Position numbers and translations under genes: made by a program
The notes under the pieces: model-generated
The model's database searches: none
Told to the model about the DNA's origin: nothing
Seen by the model: the letters and a program-made list of their open reading frames with translations, nothing else
Shown here: one piece after another, positions 11,502 through 24,166 of the stretch
How the letters are laid out: every line of letters begins with the position of its first letter
Numbering within the stretch: the stretch's first letter is position 1
From: Azolla caroliniana
Taxonomy: Eukaryota; Plantae; Polypodiophyta
Length of the DNA stretch: 64,000 nucleotides
Assembly: GCA_043228905.1 (NCBI GenBank)
Contig: JBHGNT010000008.1
Location: forward strand, 1,550,001 to 1,614,000
Direction of reading: 5' to 3'

Positions 11502-14500
11502 ATGTCCGACTCAACTAGTGAGTTAGGCCAAATAATGGTAGCCTTACGACAACTACAGCTTGAAAATGAAGCTCTTCGAAATTCTTTACATGAACTTCAA
11601 GTCGGTACCTCCCTATCTTCACAACCCCCGAACCCTAGTCTCCCACAACAACCTAGCCTAGAGCCTGATCTTCTACCAACATCTAGCCTAGCTTCATCAC
11701 AGTTTCTTGAGCCTAAGGTTAGCCTCCCAGAAAAATTTGATGGAACGAGGTCGCGTTTCTGAGGGTTCATCAACCAAGTTCGACTTATCATTCGGCTACA
11801 ACCTCAATGTTATGGAGATGGTCATCGACAAGTCGGCCTTGTGGGCACCCTTCTCTCCGGTCCGGCCCAAGCTTGGTTTGCACCATTGGTAGAAACCTCG
11901 TCACCTCTATTGGAGGACTTTCCTACCTTCCTCGCCGAGTTAGAGGCCACATTTGGAGAGACGGACCGACGACGTACAACTCTTAACAAGATTTATGCAT
12001 TCGAACAAGGTTCACGTGCAGCTTCAGTCTATGCTTCAGAATTTCGACAACTAGCATGCAACGTCAATTGGGATGATCAAGCTTTAGCTGATCACTTTCA
12101 GCGCGGCCTTCAAAGCAATGTCAAGAATCTTCACTTAAACTTTCCGAAGCCCACCTCGTTATCCCAAGCGATTTCACAAGCAGTTCATTGTGACAATCGT
12201 CTTTTCGAATTTCGCCAAGAAGAGCGCCGGACTTGGGTTCCACCTCATTCACTTCCACGCCACGCCCCGGTCATACAACCCCAGGCATCCTCACACTCGC
12301 CTACTTTGGCAGATGCTCCTGTCCCCATGGAAATTGATCAAGCCCGATTTCGGCCATTGACTGATGTTGAACGACAATTTCGACAGGCTAAAGGCTTGTG
12401 CATGTATTGTGGCGCCTCCGGTCATGTCGTTCGCCATTGTCCTAGGAGTACTCGCCCACAATTCCATCGAGCTAACGGACCCCAACATCCGGAAAATGAC
12501 ATCGTTCGGTTGCAATAGGAGCCATGTAACTGGACATCTCCCGTCGCCCACATTCTCTTGGTTCCATTGCCGGACCATCAGGCAATTTCACATTGGAGGT
12601 ATGGCTTTCGTTTAACTCTAGTTTCATTCAGTCTGTTGCTTTACTTGATTCTGGGGCATCTTCTTGCTTCACCGACGTCGCATTTGCCCAAGCACATGGC
12701 GTACCTGTCATTGGCCTCTCAAAACCCATTCCAGTTGAAGCCATCGATGGGTGCGTCCTCTCGTCAGGTGCAATTACTCAAGCTACAATCCCATTAGGGC
12801 TTCGGGTGGGCTCACACCAAGAGGAGCTCACCTTTTACCTCATCGCATCTCCTTGACATCCGATAGTCTTAGGACTAACGTGGTTGGAGGCGCACAATCC
12901 AATAGTGGATTGGTGCAACCGCTCGATCACATTTAGCAAGCCAAGATGCTCGTGCAAAAGTATGAAGGTAAATTCAGTTTCCTATCCTTCGGAGACGGTC
13001 GACTCCGAATTGACGACCCCATCATCGGTCCAGGATGGGTTTGTTTGTGGCACCATTTCTAACACACTCCATGTTATACCCGAAAAATACCAACACTTCT
13101 CCGACGTATTTGAAAAATGTAATGTTGATTGTTTGCCTGAACACCGGCTCTACGACTGTCCGATTGATCTTCAAGAAGGTGCGTGTCCACCCTTTGGTCC
13201 TCTATATACGTTGTCTGCACCAGAGTTGAAGGCCCTTTGTGTGTATCTCGATGAGAACCTTGAGAAAGGATTTATTCAACCTTCTAAGTCACCAGCCGGG
13301 GCCCCCATTTTATTTGTGAAGAAGAAGGAGGGCTCTCTACGCTTATGCGTCGACTACCGAGGTCTTAACAAACTCACTGTGCACAACCGCTATCCGCTAC
13401 CTCTGATCCCCGAACTCCTTGATTGACTCCGAGTTGCGCGTGTCTTCTCCAAAGTTGATCTGCATGGAGCGTACAATCTAGTACGCATCAAGCTAAGGGA
13501 CGAAATGGAAAACCGCATTTCGAACACGGTATGGGCATTTCAATTACAAGGTAATGCCTTTTGGTCTTACTAATGCTACCACAGTTTTTCAACATATGAT
13601 GAACGATATATTCCGGGAATATCTTGATCTTTTTGTTGTCCTTTACCTTGATGATATTCTCATTTTCTCGCCAAACATGGAGGAGCACACTCGCCAAGTC
13701 CGATTAGTTCTTGCCAAACTTCGCGAGCATGGCCTTTATGCCAAAGGCGAGAAATGCGAGTTCGATCGTACCTCGATCGAATTTCTAGGCTACATCATCT
13801 CGCCCACTGGCATCACCATGGATATGAAGAAGGTCTCTGTCATTCAGGTGTGGGCGACTCCAAGGCGACTTAAAGATGTACAATCCTTCCTCGGCTTCGC
13901 GAATTTTTACCGTCACTTCATCAAGGGGTTTTCCACCCTAGCACAACTTCTTATCACTCTCACCCATAAAGGCACTCCATTTTTATGGATCTCGGAGGCG
14001 CAAAATGCGTTCGACTCACTCAAACACGCATTCATCACTGCCCCGGTGCTGCTACATGCCGACCCCACAAAACCCTTCCAAGTCGAAACCGATGCCTCTG
14101 ACTTTGCCATTGGCGCCATCTTATCCCAGGCAAACAACAACAACCTAATGCACCCAGTGGCTTACTATTCCCGAAAATTTACGGCATTCGAAATCAATTA
14201 TCCCATTTACGACAAGGAGCTTGTTGCTATCATTGCTGCCTTTGAAGAATGGCGACGCTACTTGGCCGGCGCACAATATCGTGTCCAGGTAGTGACTGAT
14301 CATAAAAATTTAGTTTATTTTTCCACCACTCGTACTTTGAATCGAAGGCAGGCCCATTGGTCGACATTTCTCGCCGACTACGATTTTGAGATCGTATTTC
14401 GACTTGGTGGCCAACATGGGAAGGTTGATGCCCTTTCTCGCCGAGCTGACCTTGCACTCCGCCCTAGGGATGCTGCTTATGCTCAACAATCTAGACGTTT

Positions 14501-15951
14501 GTTGAAACCCGACCAATTGCATCTTTTATCCACTTGTATGTTGCAGGATGATTCTTTACTCCAACAAATCACTGATGCATCCAAGACTGATGCGTTTGCC
14601 AACGAGATTCGAGATAGTCTGCAAAACCTTCACCATACAAGAGGGTTTGTTGTTCCGAGATCATCTCTTATACGTCCCCGAGGGCCCATGTCGCACCCGG
14701 GTGTTGCGGGAATGCCACGATGACTCACTTGCAGGTCATTTCGGGGTCGCGAAAACCCTCGAGCTAATCTCTCGGGGGTATTGGTGGCCACAACCATGGA
14801 AGTTGGTCAAAGAATACATAAAGATTTGTGAAGTTTGTGCTCGCTCCAAAGCCATTCATCATCGACCATACGACTTACTACAACCGCTTCCATGTCCTCG
14901 TCGTCCTTGGGCCTCTATCTCTATGGACCTGATAACTGATCTACCCTTGGTCAATAGCTATGACTCGGTGTTGGTTGTTGTCGATTGGTTTACGAAGATG
15001 GCTCACTTCACTCCATGCTCCAAAACCATTTCCGGAGAAGGAATGGTGCATCTACTACTCAACAATGTGGTACGCTTGCATGGACTCCCCGATGATGTCA
15101 TCTCGGATCGTGGACCCCAGTTTGTCTCTCACTTTTGGCAGCGCCTACTACAAACTTTAGGCATCTCTATCAAGTTGTCCTCCGCTTATCACCCCCAAAC
15201 TGACGGGCAAACGGAGCGTGTCAACCAAATCTTTGAGCAGTATCTTCGGTGCTTGGTTAGTTACCAACAAGATGATTGGGTCAACTTACTTTCGCTCGCG
15301 GAATTCGCCTACAATAATTTTCTCCATGCATCGACTAGCGTCACTCCATTCTTTGCCAACTATGGTTTACATCCTCGCTTCAACATTTCCCTTCCTACCA
15401 CTTCCGTGAACCCTTCGGCGGAGGATCGCGCCCGCATTTTGGATGAACTACATCATGATTTATCCTTGGAGCTTAGTCTTGCTAGTGAACGATACAAGAA
15501 GCAGGCTGATCACCATCGATCTTCCACTCCACACTTTGTCGTTGGAGATATGGTCTGGTTGTTACGTCGACACATCTCTACTACTCGTCCATGTGCGAAA
15601 ATGAGTACAAGAAGTTGGGACCATTCCGTATCATCGAGTGCATCAATCCCGTCGCCTTCCGGCTCGCCCTTCCATCCCACTTCCGGATTCACGATGTTTT
15701 TTCATGTCTCCCTCCTCGAACCCCATTATGCTTCACAACTCCCAGGACGTCAGGCCCCACCACCACCACTTGTGCAATTGACGACAGGGGAGGAATACGA
15801 GGTCGAACAAATCCTTGACTCGCATTGCCACCGTCGACACTTGAAATACCTCGTCCTATGGAGGGGTTACCCCATGTTTGAGGCCACATGGGAACCATTG
15901 GCAAATTTACAAAATGCCCCAGAGGTCGTCCAAGATTTTCATCACCGATAG
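11502..15951 (+). pseudogene. Degenerate gag-pol with chromodomain
   Basis: ORF pieces at 11502, 11841, 12593, 12884, 13554 and 14548 are separated by premature stops and frameshifts. Protease is in the -1 frame to gag, after GGAAAAT at 12491. Confidence 0.92.
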
Positions 15952-18900
15952 CCTTCCCAAACCAACGGCTGATTTGGGAAGGCGGCGTAGGAGGGGGGAT
16001 AATGTCAAGATTCGAACTCTTGACACGACATAGTCATAATCTAGTATTATGAGTTAACCAAGATATCTAGTACATAGTTATGTATGTAATTGATCCTTAT
16101 TATTTTGCTAGGATCATGTGCATAGTTGCTCCCTTGTAGTATTTACACTTGGCACATGCATGCATACCTACATGCTCTATTGTAGATTCACATGCGTGCA
16201 AACAAGTATGCATGCCATGTAGTATAAATAGAGGAGTTCACCTTGAAGGAATTCAAGGTGAACAACACCAGTTATGGAGTCTTTCCTTTAATACTATCTT
16301 CTTTCTTGTCCATTTGGTTATCTTCTTGCTTGTCTCTTGAGCTTATGATCTGTGACAATCGCAAGCTTTTCCGTCGGCTGCAGAGGACTTCAACCCTCAC
16401 GCTCTGATACCATGTAAAGGAACACGTGTGCATATGTGAGTGGAAGCGTATGCGTAAGACACTGAGTATGCAGTTCGGGAATATGATAGTTCGGTAAACG
16501 CAGAGAACACCAAGAGAATGAGTGAGAGAGAGACAGAGAGAGAGAGCGGATAACGATTCTATATGAGCAAAAATGACACTCTGTACATACTTCGTGCTCA
16601 GTGAGCACCTTTTATACAAGCCCTAACTATTGGGCTGACACAAGTACTTACAGTACTTGACCGCTCATAAATAAGCATCCTACACTTACTCCCAAAATTA
16701 TTCCTTACGAGGAATAACATTCTAACGGCCTCCCGGTTTACGCACTGCTACGACCATGTTGTGCGTAGGGTTTTACGCACCCAGTCTACGCACTGGGTTA
16801 CACACCCAATGTTGAGTTTGTCTCTCAATAGAGCAGGTGGAAAGTGCCAAGTAGAAGGAAGCTATATATATTGGGGAGTAGCGAACACAAGGGAGGGCGA
16901 AAGGATCTAAGAGATTATATATAGGGATAGGCTAATAGAGAGTGAGTGAGTGTTGACCAATTATACTCTATGCTTGTATCTGTATCTGCATGCAAAGTGA
17001 ATTAGGTCTCTTTTGATGGGGCTACCCGGAGACGGATGAAGTCTGTATGAGTATCTAGAAAGAAGGTCAAAAGTGTAAATAGGTTTTGAGTTGAGCCTAT
17101 TTAGGCTAGTTGTGTAAATAGCCCAAAAGTTATCTGAGTATAAAGATAACTAGGGCAAACTTTAGGTCACAGATAGTTGAGTAGTCTTGGTGTGTGTGTT
17201 TGTGCGGATTAGAGTGTACGGTGTGTGTGAGGTCGTTGCCTCCATAGCTGAACAGACATAGTGAACGATCTGTTGTAACCATCTATTGGCGTGCAAACTC
17301 AGGTCGGTCCTTGTGAATTCCTCTTATTGTATATTTCCCCTCATAGTGATCTGTTTGGTGTCTGTGGACACCCGTGGTTTTTTACCCTATTTGGGGGTTT
17401 TCCACGTTAAACCAAACCACCTCTCTAGAAGTGCCTGTAGCTGATAAGGTATTAACACCGTTATTGTTGGGATCCCTTCTAGACAGTTGGGAGACACTCG
17501 TCACACTGGGACTTGATGGACCGGAAGGGAAACAGGTCACCCTAGAGAAGGTGAAATCGAGCTTGCTGAATGAGAAAGCTCGTCGAAAGGACAAGGAGGC
17601 AATCTCCGACATAAAGGCCCTAGTCACAGAAAGTGATACACATAGAGGGAGAGGCTATAACTGAGAGAAGTCCGGGACAAGGTCGAAGTCGAGGGGGAGG
17701 TCCACATGCTTCTACTATGGGAAGCCAGGGCACTTCCAAAAGAATTGCCGACACTTCTGAAAGGAGAAAGGGGGAGCCGACAATCCCGACTCAAAGAAGA
17801 GTTCGTATCGAAAAAGAACTTCGGCAATCGGGACAAGTGAGGAAGAATTGCTGCTCATAAGTGAACAGAACGAACTCAATCTTGTTGACGATGAAACCTA
17901 ACCACCGACAAAAAGTGATTATCATCCTGCAAGGTGGGAGACCATGGTCTTGTAAGGATGGGAAACGAAAAGCATGCCGAATTGTCGGCATAGGAGATTG
18001 TTGTCAACCGGAATAGTAACCGATGGACAAGAGCGTAGGAATAGGAAATAATATAAGATCATAACGCATGTAACTGTTCTCACAGACGAGCAATGACGAA
18101 TGGATGTTTAGCCACAGACGCCCCAGAGAACCAACATGACAAGACCGGCCAATCACAAGGTCCATCACACGCCAGGCAGAAGAACGCACACGGCAAAAGC
18201 CTCGCCTCAGCAACCTCAGTACTACCTGTCGTGATTACAAAGGTGATTCTTCGCTCTCCAAATACCTCGACGATACGCGGGGAGTACGCTCACCACAGCC
18301 ACCCTGTGGTCTTTCCCGACCCGCCATAGCCCCCAACATGGTCTTTGTCTATCCGCACTTTAACGGCGAAACCGACGCGGCAACCCATATTCGCATGTTC
18401 CTTAATGTCTGGAATGTGAACCACATGACGCAGAGCCTTTCGTAGGCGGTAGCGCACTATTCGAAAATGATGGAGTTCGGGTTAAAATTGGATGGGCGAG
18501 CGGCGTTTTGGCATTCACAGATGGATTTACTAGCAATCACAACCTTCGATCAGCTGCAATCCGCTTTCTTGCAGTTCTTCCATCGGAGGATTCCACAACG
18601 CGAAATCCTCGGATAGTTCTACACGATTAAGTAACTGCCGACCGAGACGATCGCAGACTTCAACTTACGTTTCCAAAATTTACGGCAAAAACTAGAATGG
18701 AGCCCCACAAAGGACGAGGCTCGAGAAACATTTCTGGTAGCATTACGCCGACCCATCCTGGCAACGCTCAACACAAATAGCGTGAAAGGGGAAATGATGG
18801 ATATGGTCATTGAACGAGCGTTACAGCTCGAGTTGGATGAGGAGGAGGAAAGGTTTTCTATGTCCTCCTTACGACAAGCGTTACCCTAGGACGAGGAATG

Positions 18901-19900
18901 CCTGTTTCGTCAGGCAATCCAGTGCACGATTTGCTTGAACTTGGGGCATTCCGCAGTGGAGTGCAATATGCAAATCCACTGCCCAATCTGCCACTCGAAG
19001 GCTCACACAATCGAACAATGCGAATACAATATGTTGAATAGAGCCGTTCCCGTAGTCCGCAGCATGGACACCCAATGTCCACCACGCCGGACTGAACAAA
19101 GGAGGCAAGAAGACCGACCATGGTATATGGATTGCAACCCACGGGACGATCGGCACCACCGGACTCGCCGAAATCACAACGATTCCGAGGAAGATGAACC
19201 AGAGGACGAGGATTATCGTGGACATCCGAGTTATGATAAAGGGGGCCGGCGCTACGAGAATCACCGGCTGACAACCAAACGGGGCGGCTTCAATGGTTAT
19301 CGTGGTAAGCTGCGGCAATATTGAGATCACCGACGTTACGACGAAAGCTCGGGAGATGAGCGACACCAGGAACAACGACGGGACCAACAACAACCACAGC
19401 GTGCGTTCCGACAAACGAGGTCGGACCACGAGGAGCAAGTCGCACTAGGGGAGCGGCACACACGACCAGGAGCCGAGAAGGGTGAATCAAGCATCCATTG
19501 TTTTATTTGTCAACAGCCCGGACATTATGCCACGCAATGCCCAACATCAATACGATTATGGCGGAAGTGCATCAAGTCACGACACGCCAGTAAACAAAAA
19601 CGGCTGATTGGGCTGCGCAAGACGAGATACGACGACAAGCCCAGGCATGGGTGGTAAAAGCAAACGCGACCAATACAGAGCGCATGCGGAAGGAGTCCGT
19701 GAATGCGAGGGAGTGACCAGAGGACGAAGGATCGGTCCCAGACCCCATTTGGCAGGCATTAGCGGGTTGCGAGATAACGTTAACCATGGAGAAGCTGTTG
19801 CAGCTAGTCCCACGCTTCCGCCAGACCATGGAAGAACGGGTGATGGGCATACCCAGGGTGAGCGTCACTACAAACCTTACAGACGTTAGCGACAGACCGC

Positions 19901-22900
19901 TGTCGTAGTGTATTTCGTACACTACGTGAAAAAGTAAAAATAATATAACCGATTTAATTACATATAAATAAATAAAATAAGAATATCAAGATATTTATCA
20001 CGTGCATAGGGCAAGATTCGAACCTTGTACCTCCACATAGCCAAACCTCAACTTTACCATTATGTTACCTTATCTTTAGTGTTCTATAAATAGATTAATA
20101 ACTATAAGTTCTTTATTTGCACCTACCTTTATTAAAAGGTAAATCGTGCATTTTTTAGAGTGCGTGAATATTTTATAGAAAAACGCAAGCGACAAAAAAA
20201 GTGACTCATGCACATTTAGCGTGCATGAGCACTATATTTAGCAAATAAAAGCAAGGATTAGAAAAGCATCACATGCATATTTAGTGTGCATGAACATATT
20301 AAAAAAAAAGCATGTAGCTATGCTTAGTCTCTCCCATCACTACATAAGGATGGGGAGCACAATGTAATAGTGTGTGAAATATTTGGGAAATTGGATATAT
20401 TTCCTAAAACACCAATTAATAAAATATACTCGTGGGATTCACGAAGTTTAAGATAATCTATCTCTTTCAATCTAAATTCATATTCTTACATAAATATTGA
20501 TTAATGTAATACTTGTGGGATTCACAAGATTAGCCTCATCTCATATTCTTCTTTTTCCTAGTCCAAAACCTCGGTGGTTCCCACCCGACTCACGCAACGA
20601 TCCGGAGCCGAAAGGCACGACACAGTTGGTGAACCCGACGTGAAGGCGGGTGGCAAGGAGATGGAGAATCAACAAGAGGCAATGAGTATAACGATGATGA
20701 TGATGTTCGAGCGGATGCTACAAGAACAACGAGCGATGTCGGAGATCACGGGGGCAGTAAAGCGGCTCGTACAACGAAACGGGGAATTCAACGGTAAGGG
20801 TGTGTCACGCTACCTACGTGAATATAAGGCGGAGATGATGCAATATCGGATACCGGAAGGATTGCAAGTGATATCCTTTAGTCGGGTGGCCTCGGACGAA
20901 CTACAAGAGAGAATCCACAAGATACAACAACAAAACTCGACATGGGAGTCCTTTGAAGAAGCTTTACGGGAGGCATATGACTATGAGAGATGGACGGGAC
21001 GAGATCGACGAGAATTCGACGAATGGGTGGCGTCGGAGAAGACTCACCGAAGTGCAACGCAAGCGTTCCTAGAGTTCGAGCATCGTTTTGCTCGACTCTC
21101 GGAGCGGGAACGAAGATTGGTGGGAGAAGATAAAGTCTTAATGTTCGTAAGATCGATCGATCGAAAAGAAAGGATGGACATCGGGATCGAACTCGAAGAT
21201 GATGACGGTGCGAACGGTCTTACCGAGGATTGGGCCAAAGTCGAAAGGGTATGCCGAAGACATGATGAAAGGAAGCTGAGAATCTCGTCAACAACGACAT
21301 GGCCCATGAAGGATGGTCGATTGAGGAAAAACGATGGGGCCGATATGAAGGCCGAAATACAACGTGATGGTCTGACGGAAGAGGGTGTAAAACAAGCTAC
21401 CCTCTTGTCTTGCGAAAGAACAACGACAAAGGATAAGGCCGATAACCCAAGTGTAGAAGAAGATTTCGGAATACAAGTGTCCGAAACATCGGGTGAAAAA
21501 GGGGTAAGCATAATTGATGTTTGCATAATTGATGCAGTGAAAGAGAGCAAGGAGGACTTGATTGAGGAGGTCACCACGAAAGATGACATCGAATTGAAGG
21601 TGGCTATGGACGAATCAACGACGGATGGCCATATCGAGACTTCCCCACCACTGATTTCAGAGACTCCGGCGGTTGCGTTTGAAAGGCAACGTGAGACCGA
21701 AGAGACGGAAGGTGGCGGAGAGAAAACAAAGGTCGAAGTCGATGCATACAACGGAGAGATAGCCGAGAATATGGCTATGGGTGAAACAATGGAGGATGAT
21801 AATACCGAGGATTCCTACCCACTAATCCTAGAGACTTCGGCAGTTGTGTCCGAGAACCAACGTGAGACCGGAGAGACGGGAGGTGGCGGCAAGAAAGGTA
21901 AAGTCGGAAGCCGGTTCGGATGGAAGGTGATCCGGACGGGATTCCGATCCGAAAGAAAGCCTAACCGGGTAAAAGAGGATTCGACCGAAAGTCGACCCGA
22001 AAGAAAGCCGAACCGAAAGGAAGAGAATTCGGCCGAAAGACGACACAAACGAAAGCCGAACCGGGCGAATGAGGATTCGGCCGAAAGACGACCTGAAAGA
22101 AAGCCGACCCGAAAAGGGGTCGAATCGGTCAAAACCGATCGACCGAGTCTGACTTGGCCGAACGCGAATATGGATGGAAGCCGACCTAGCCGAAAGCCAA
22201 TCGGACGAGATCGATCCGGAAAGAAGCTAATTTGACTCAACCAGAGGTTGGACCGGTCGAGGCTGGTGAAAACGAGGAAAAGAAAGCCAACCGAAACCGA
22301 AACCGATAGATCGAAACCAGGGCGGAAGGAGACCGACTCAATCAAAACCGAACAACCGATTCCGATTCGGCCGAATACGAATCCGATCGGAAGCCGATCA
22401 AACCGAAAGTCGATCGGACGAGAGCGATCCGGAAAAAAGTCAAGGTTGATGAAGACAAGAAAGAGGCCAGTAAAAGACACTACCACGAATGACAAGGGCC
22501 AAGAATATGACGAGAGAGAACAAAGAATATGGTGGATCGGATGGCGACAATGGTTCGGGTGGAAAGAATGGGTCTACTCAAAATGGAGAGACAAAGTTGA
22601 CATAGCGGGACAAACGGAGGATGAAGGGGAGACAACGAGCATCGGCAACTTCGGCACATACCGGAGGATGTGCGGGTTCGGAGGGGGCGAGTGTCGTAGT
22701 GTATTTCGTACACTACGTGAAAAAGTAAAAATAATATAACCGATTTAATTACATATAAATAAATAAAATAAGAATATCAAGATATTTATCACATGCATAG
22801 GGCAAGATTCGAACCTTGTACCTCCACATAGCCAAACCTCAACTTTACCATTATGTTACCTTATCTTTAGTGTTCTATAAATAGATTAATAACTATAAGT

Positions 22901-23412
22901 TCTTTATTTGCACCTACCTTTATTAAAAGGTAAATCGTGCATTTTTTAGAGTGCGTGAATATTTTATAGAAAAACGCAAGCAACAAAAAAGTGACTCATG
23001 CACATTTAGCGTGCATGAGCACTATATTTAGCAAATAAAAGCAAGGATTAGAAAAGCATCACATGCATATTTAGTGTGCATGAACATATTAAAAAAAAAG
23101 CATGTAGCTATGCTTAGTCTCTCCCATCACTACATAAGGATGGGGAGCACAATGTAATAGTGTGTGAAATATTTGGGAAATTGGATATATTTCCTAAAAC
23201 ACCAATTAATAAAATATACTCGTGGGATTCACGAAGTTTAAGATAATCTATCTCTTTCAATCTAAATTCATATTCTTACATAAATATTGATTAATGTAAT
23301 ACTTGTGGGATTCACAAGATTAGCCTCATCTCATATTCTTCTTTTTCCTAGTCCAAAACCTCGGTGGTTCCCACCCGACTCACGCAACGATCCGGAGCCG
23401 AAAGGCACGACA
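19901..23412 (+). mobile_element. Non-autonomous Gag-only LTR element no.1; LTRs 19901-20622 and 22692-23412; tRNA-Trp PBS 20627-20644; TSD CCGC
   Basis: Near-identical TG..CA LTRs and PBS TGGTGAACCCGACGTGAA. No pol motifs. Removing the element and one 4-bp copy restores the host frame (DVSDRPPVVDQHNP). Confidence 0.93.
20661..22739 (+). pseudogene. Gag-like N-terminus plus repetitive extension, about 692 codons with one in-frame TGA (22233-22235)
   Basis: ORFs 20574-22235 and 22248-22739 share a frame. FNGKGVSRYLREYKAEM gag-like motif, RPERKPNR repeats, W/R-rich tail. The stop lies inside the 3' LTR. Confidence 0.8.
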
Positions 23413-24166
23413 CCGCCGGTAGTGGATCAACACAACCCGGCTATTACATTAATATTACACGGATAGGAAATTCCTGGATGTGTAATCGATGGTGGCTCAG
23501 GTGTCAATGTAATTAGCATGAAAACTTGCGAGCAGTTAGGCATTTCAGAATGGGAGGCTTGCCCATTCTGGCTCCGAATGGTAGATACTCACTCAGTACG
23601 ACCATTGGGGTTAATTCGCAATATAGGCATTATCGTGGGTGGACATCTCGGCGGTTGTCCTCGCCTTGGATGCCCCAGGGGCATACCCAGTGCTTGTGGG
23701 CAGACCATGGCTTCGAGCAGCAAATATCAAGCAGAGCTGGCAACACAAATGTATCAGTTTCCGACACGGACGCACCAAGGTTCGCGTATCTACGGAAGGA
23801 AGTATGCCACAACCCAAGGGTATAACACCATTATACGCAGAAGATATAAATATGTTGGCTGGGGTAGAGGATGCAGAATTAGAGGCATACCGAGATGAGC
23901 ACCCACGGATCATTCCGCTGTTCGAAATCGACGTCATCGCAACCGCGGCAGAAAATGCCACGACCACTATTCTCCACGACGAGGCTTACGAACCAAACCC
24001 AAAGTCCATATTGGAACTCAGCAAAGCACGGGCGGCATTCGAAAGGGAAATGGAAATTTCACGACGAGTGACCACTTCCACCCTAGAAGAAGTAAATGTG
24101 GGTACGGAGTCGGAACCCTGTTTTCTCTCTATCGCAAAGGAATTAAGGCCGGACTAGAGAAACACA

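Larger units (their letters stand above)
11097..16357 (+). mobile_element. Full-length Tcn1/Tf1-type chromovirus; LTRs 11097-11451 and 16003-16357; TSD ATCGC
   Basis: 355-bp LTR pair and 5-bp TSD (11092-11096, 16358-16362). PPT AGGAGGGGGGATAA. gag, PR (LLDSGA), RT (YLDD), RH, INT and chromodomain (YEVEQIL..YLVLWRGY..TWEP). Confidence 0.96.
10164..16809 (-). mobile_element. Truncated Ty1/copia (Copia-A): partial 5' LTR 16413-16809, tRNA-iMet PBS 16401-16412, gag remnant about 10164-11030; interrupted by the chromovirus at 11097-16357
   Basis: Minus-strand ..CA TGGTATCAGAGC. Gag N-terminus (KLDRSNYASWSYKMHQCLLGHGYW) and copia gag segment in ORF 10447-10791. Related to Copia-C. Confidence 0.85.
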
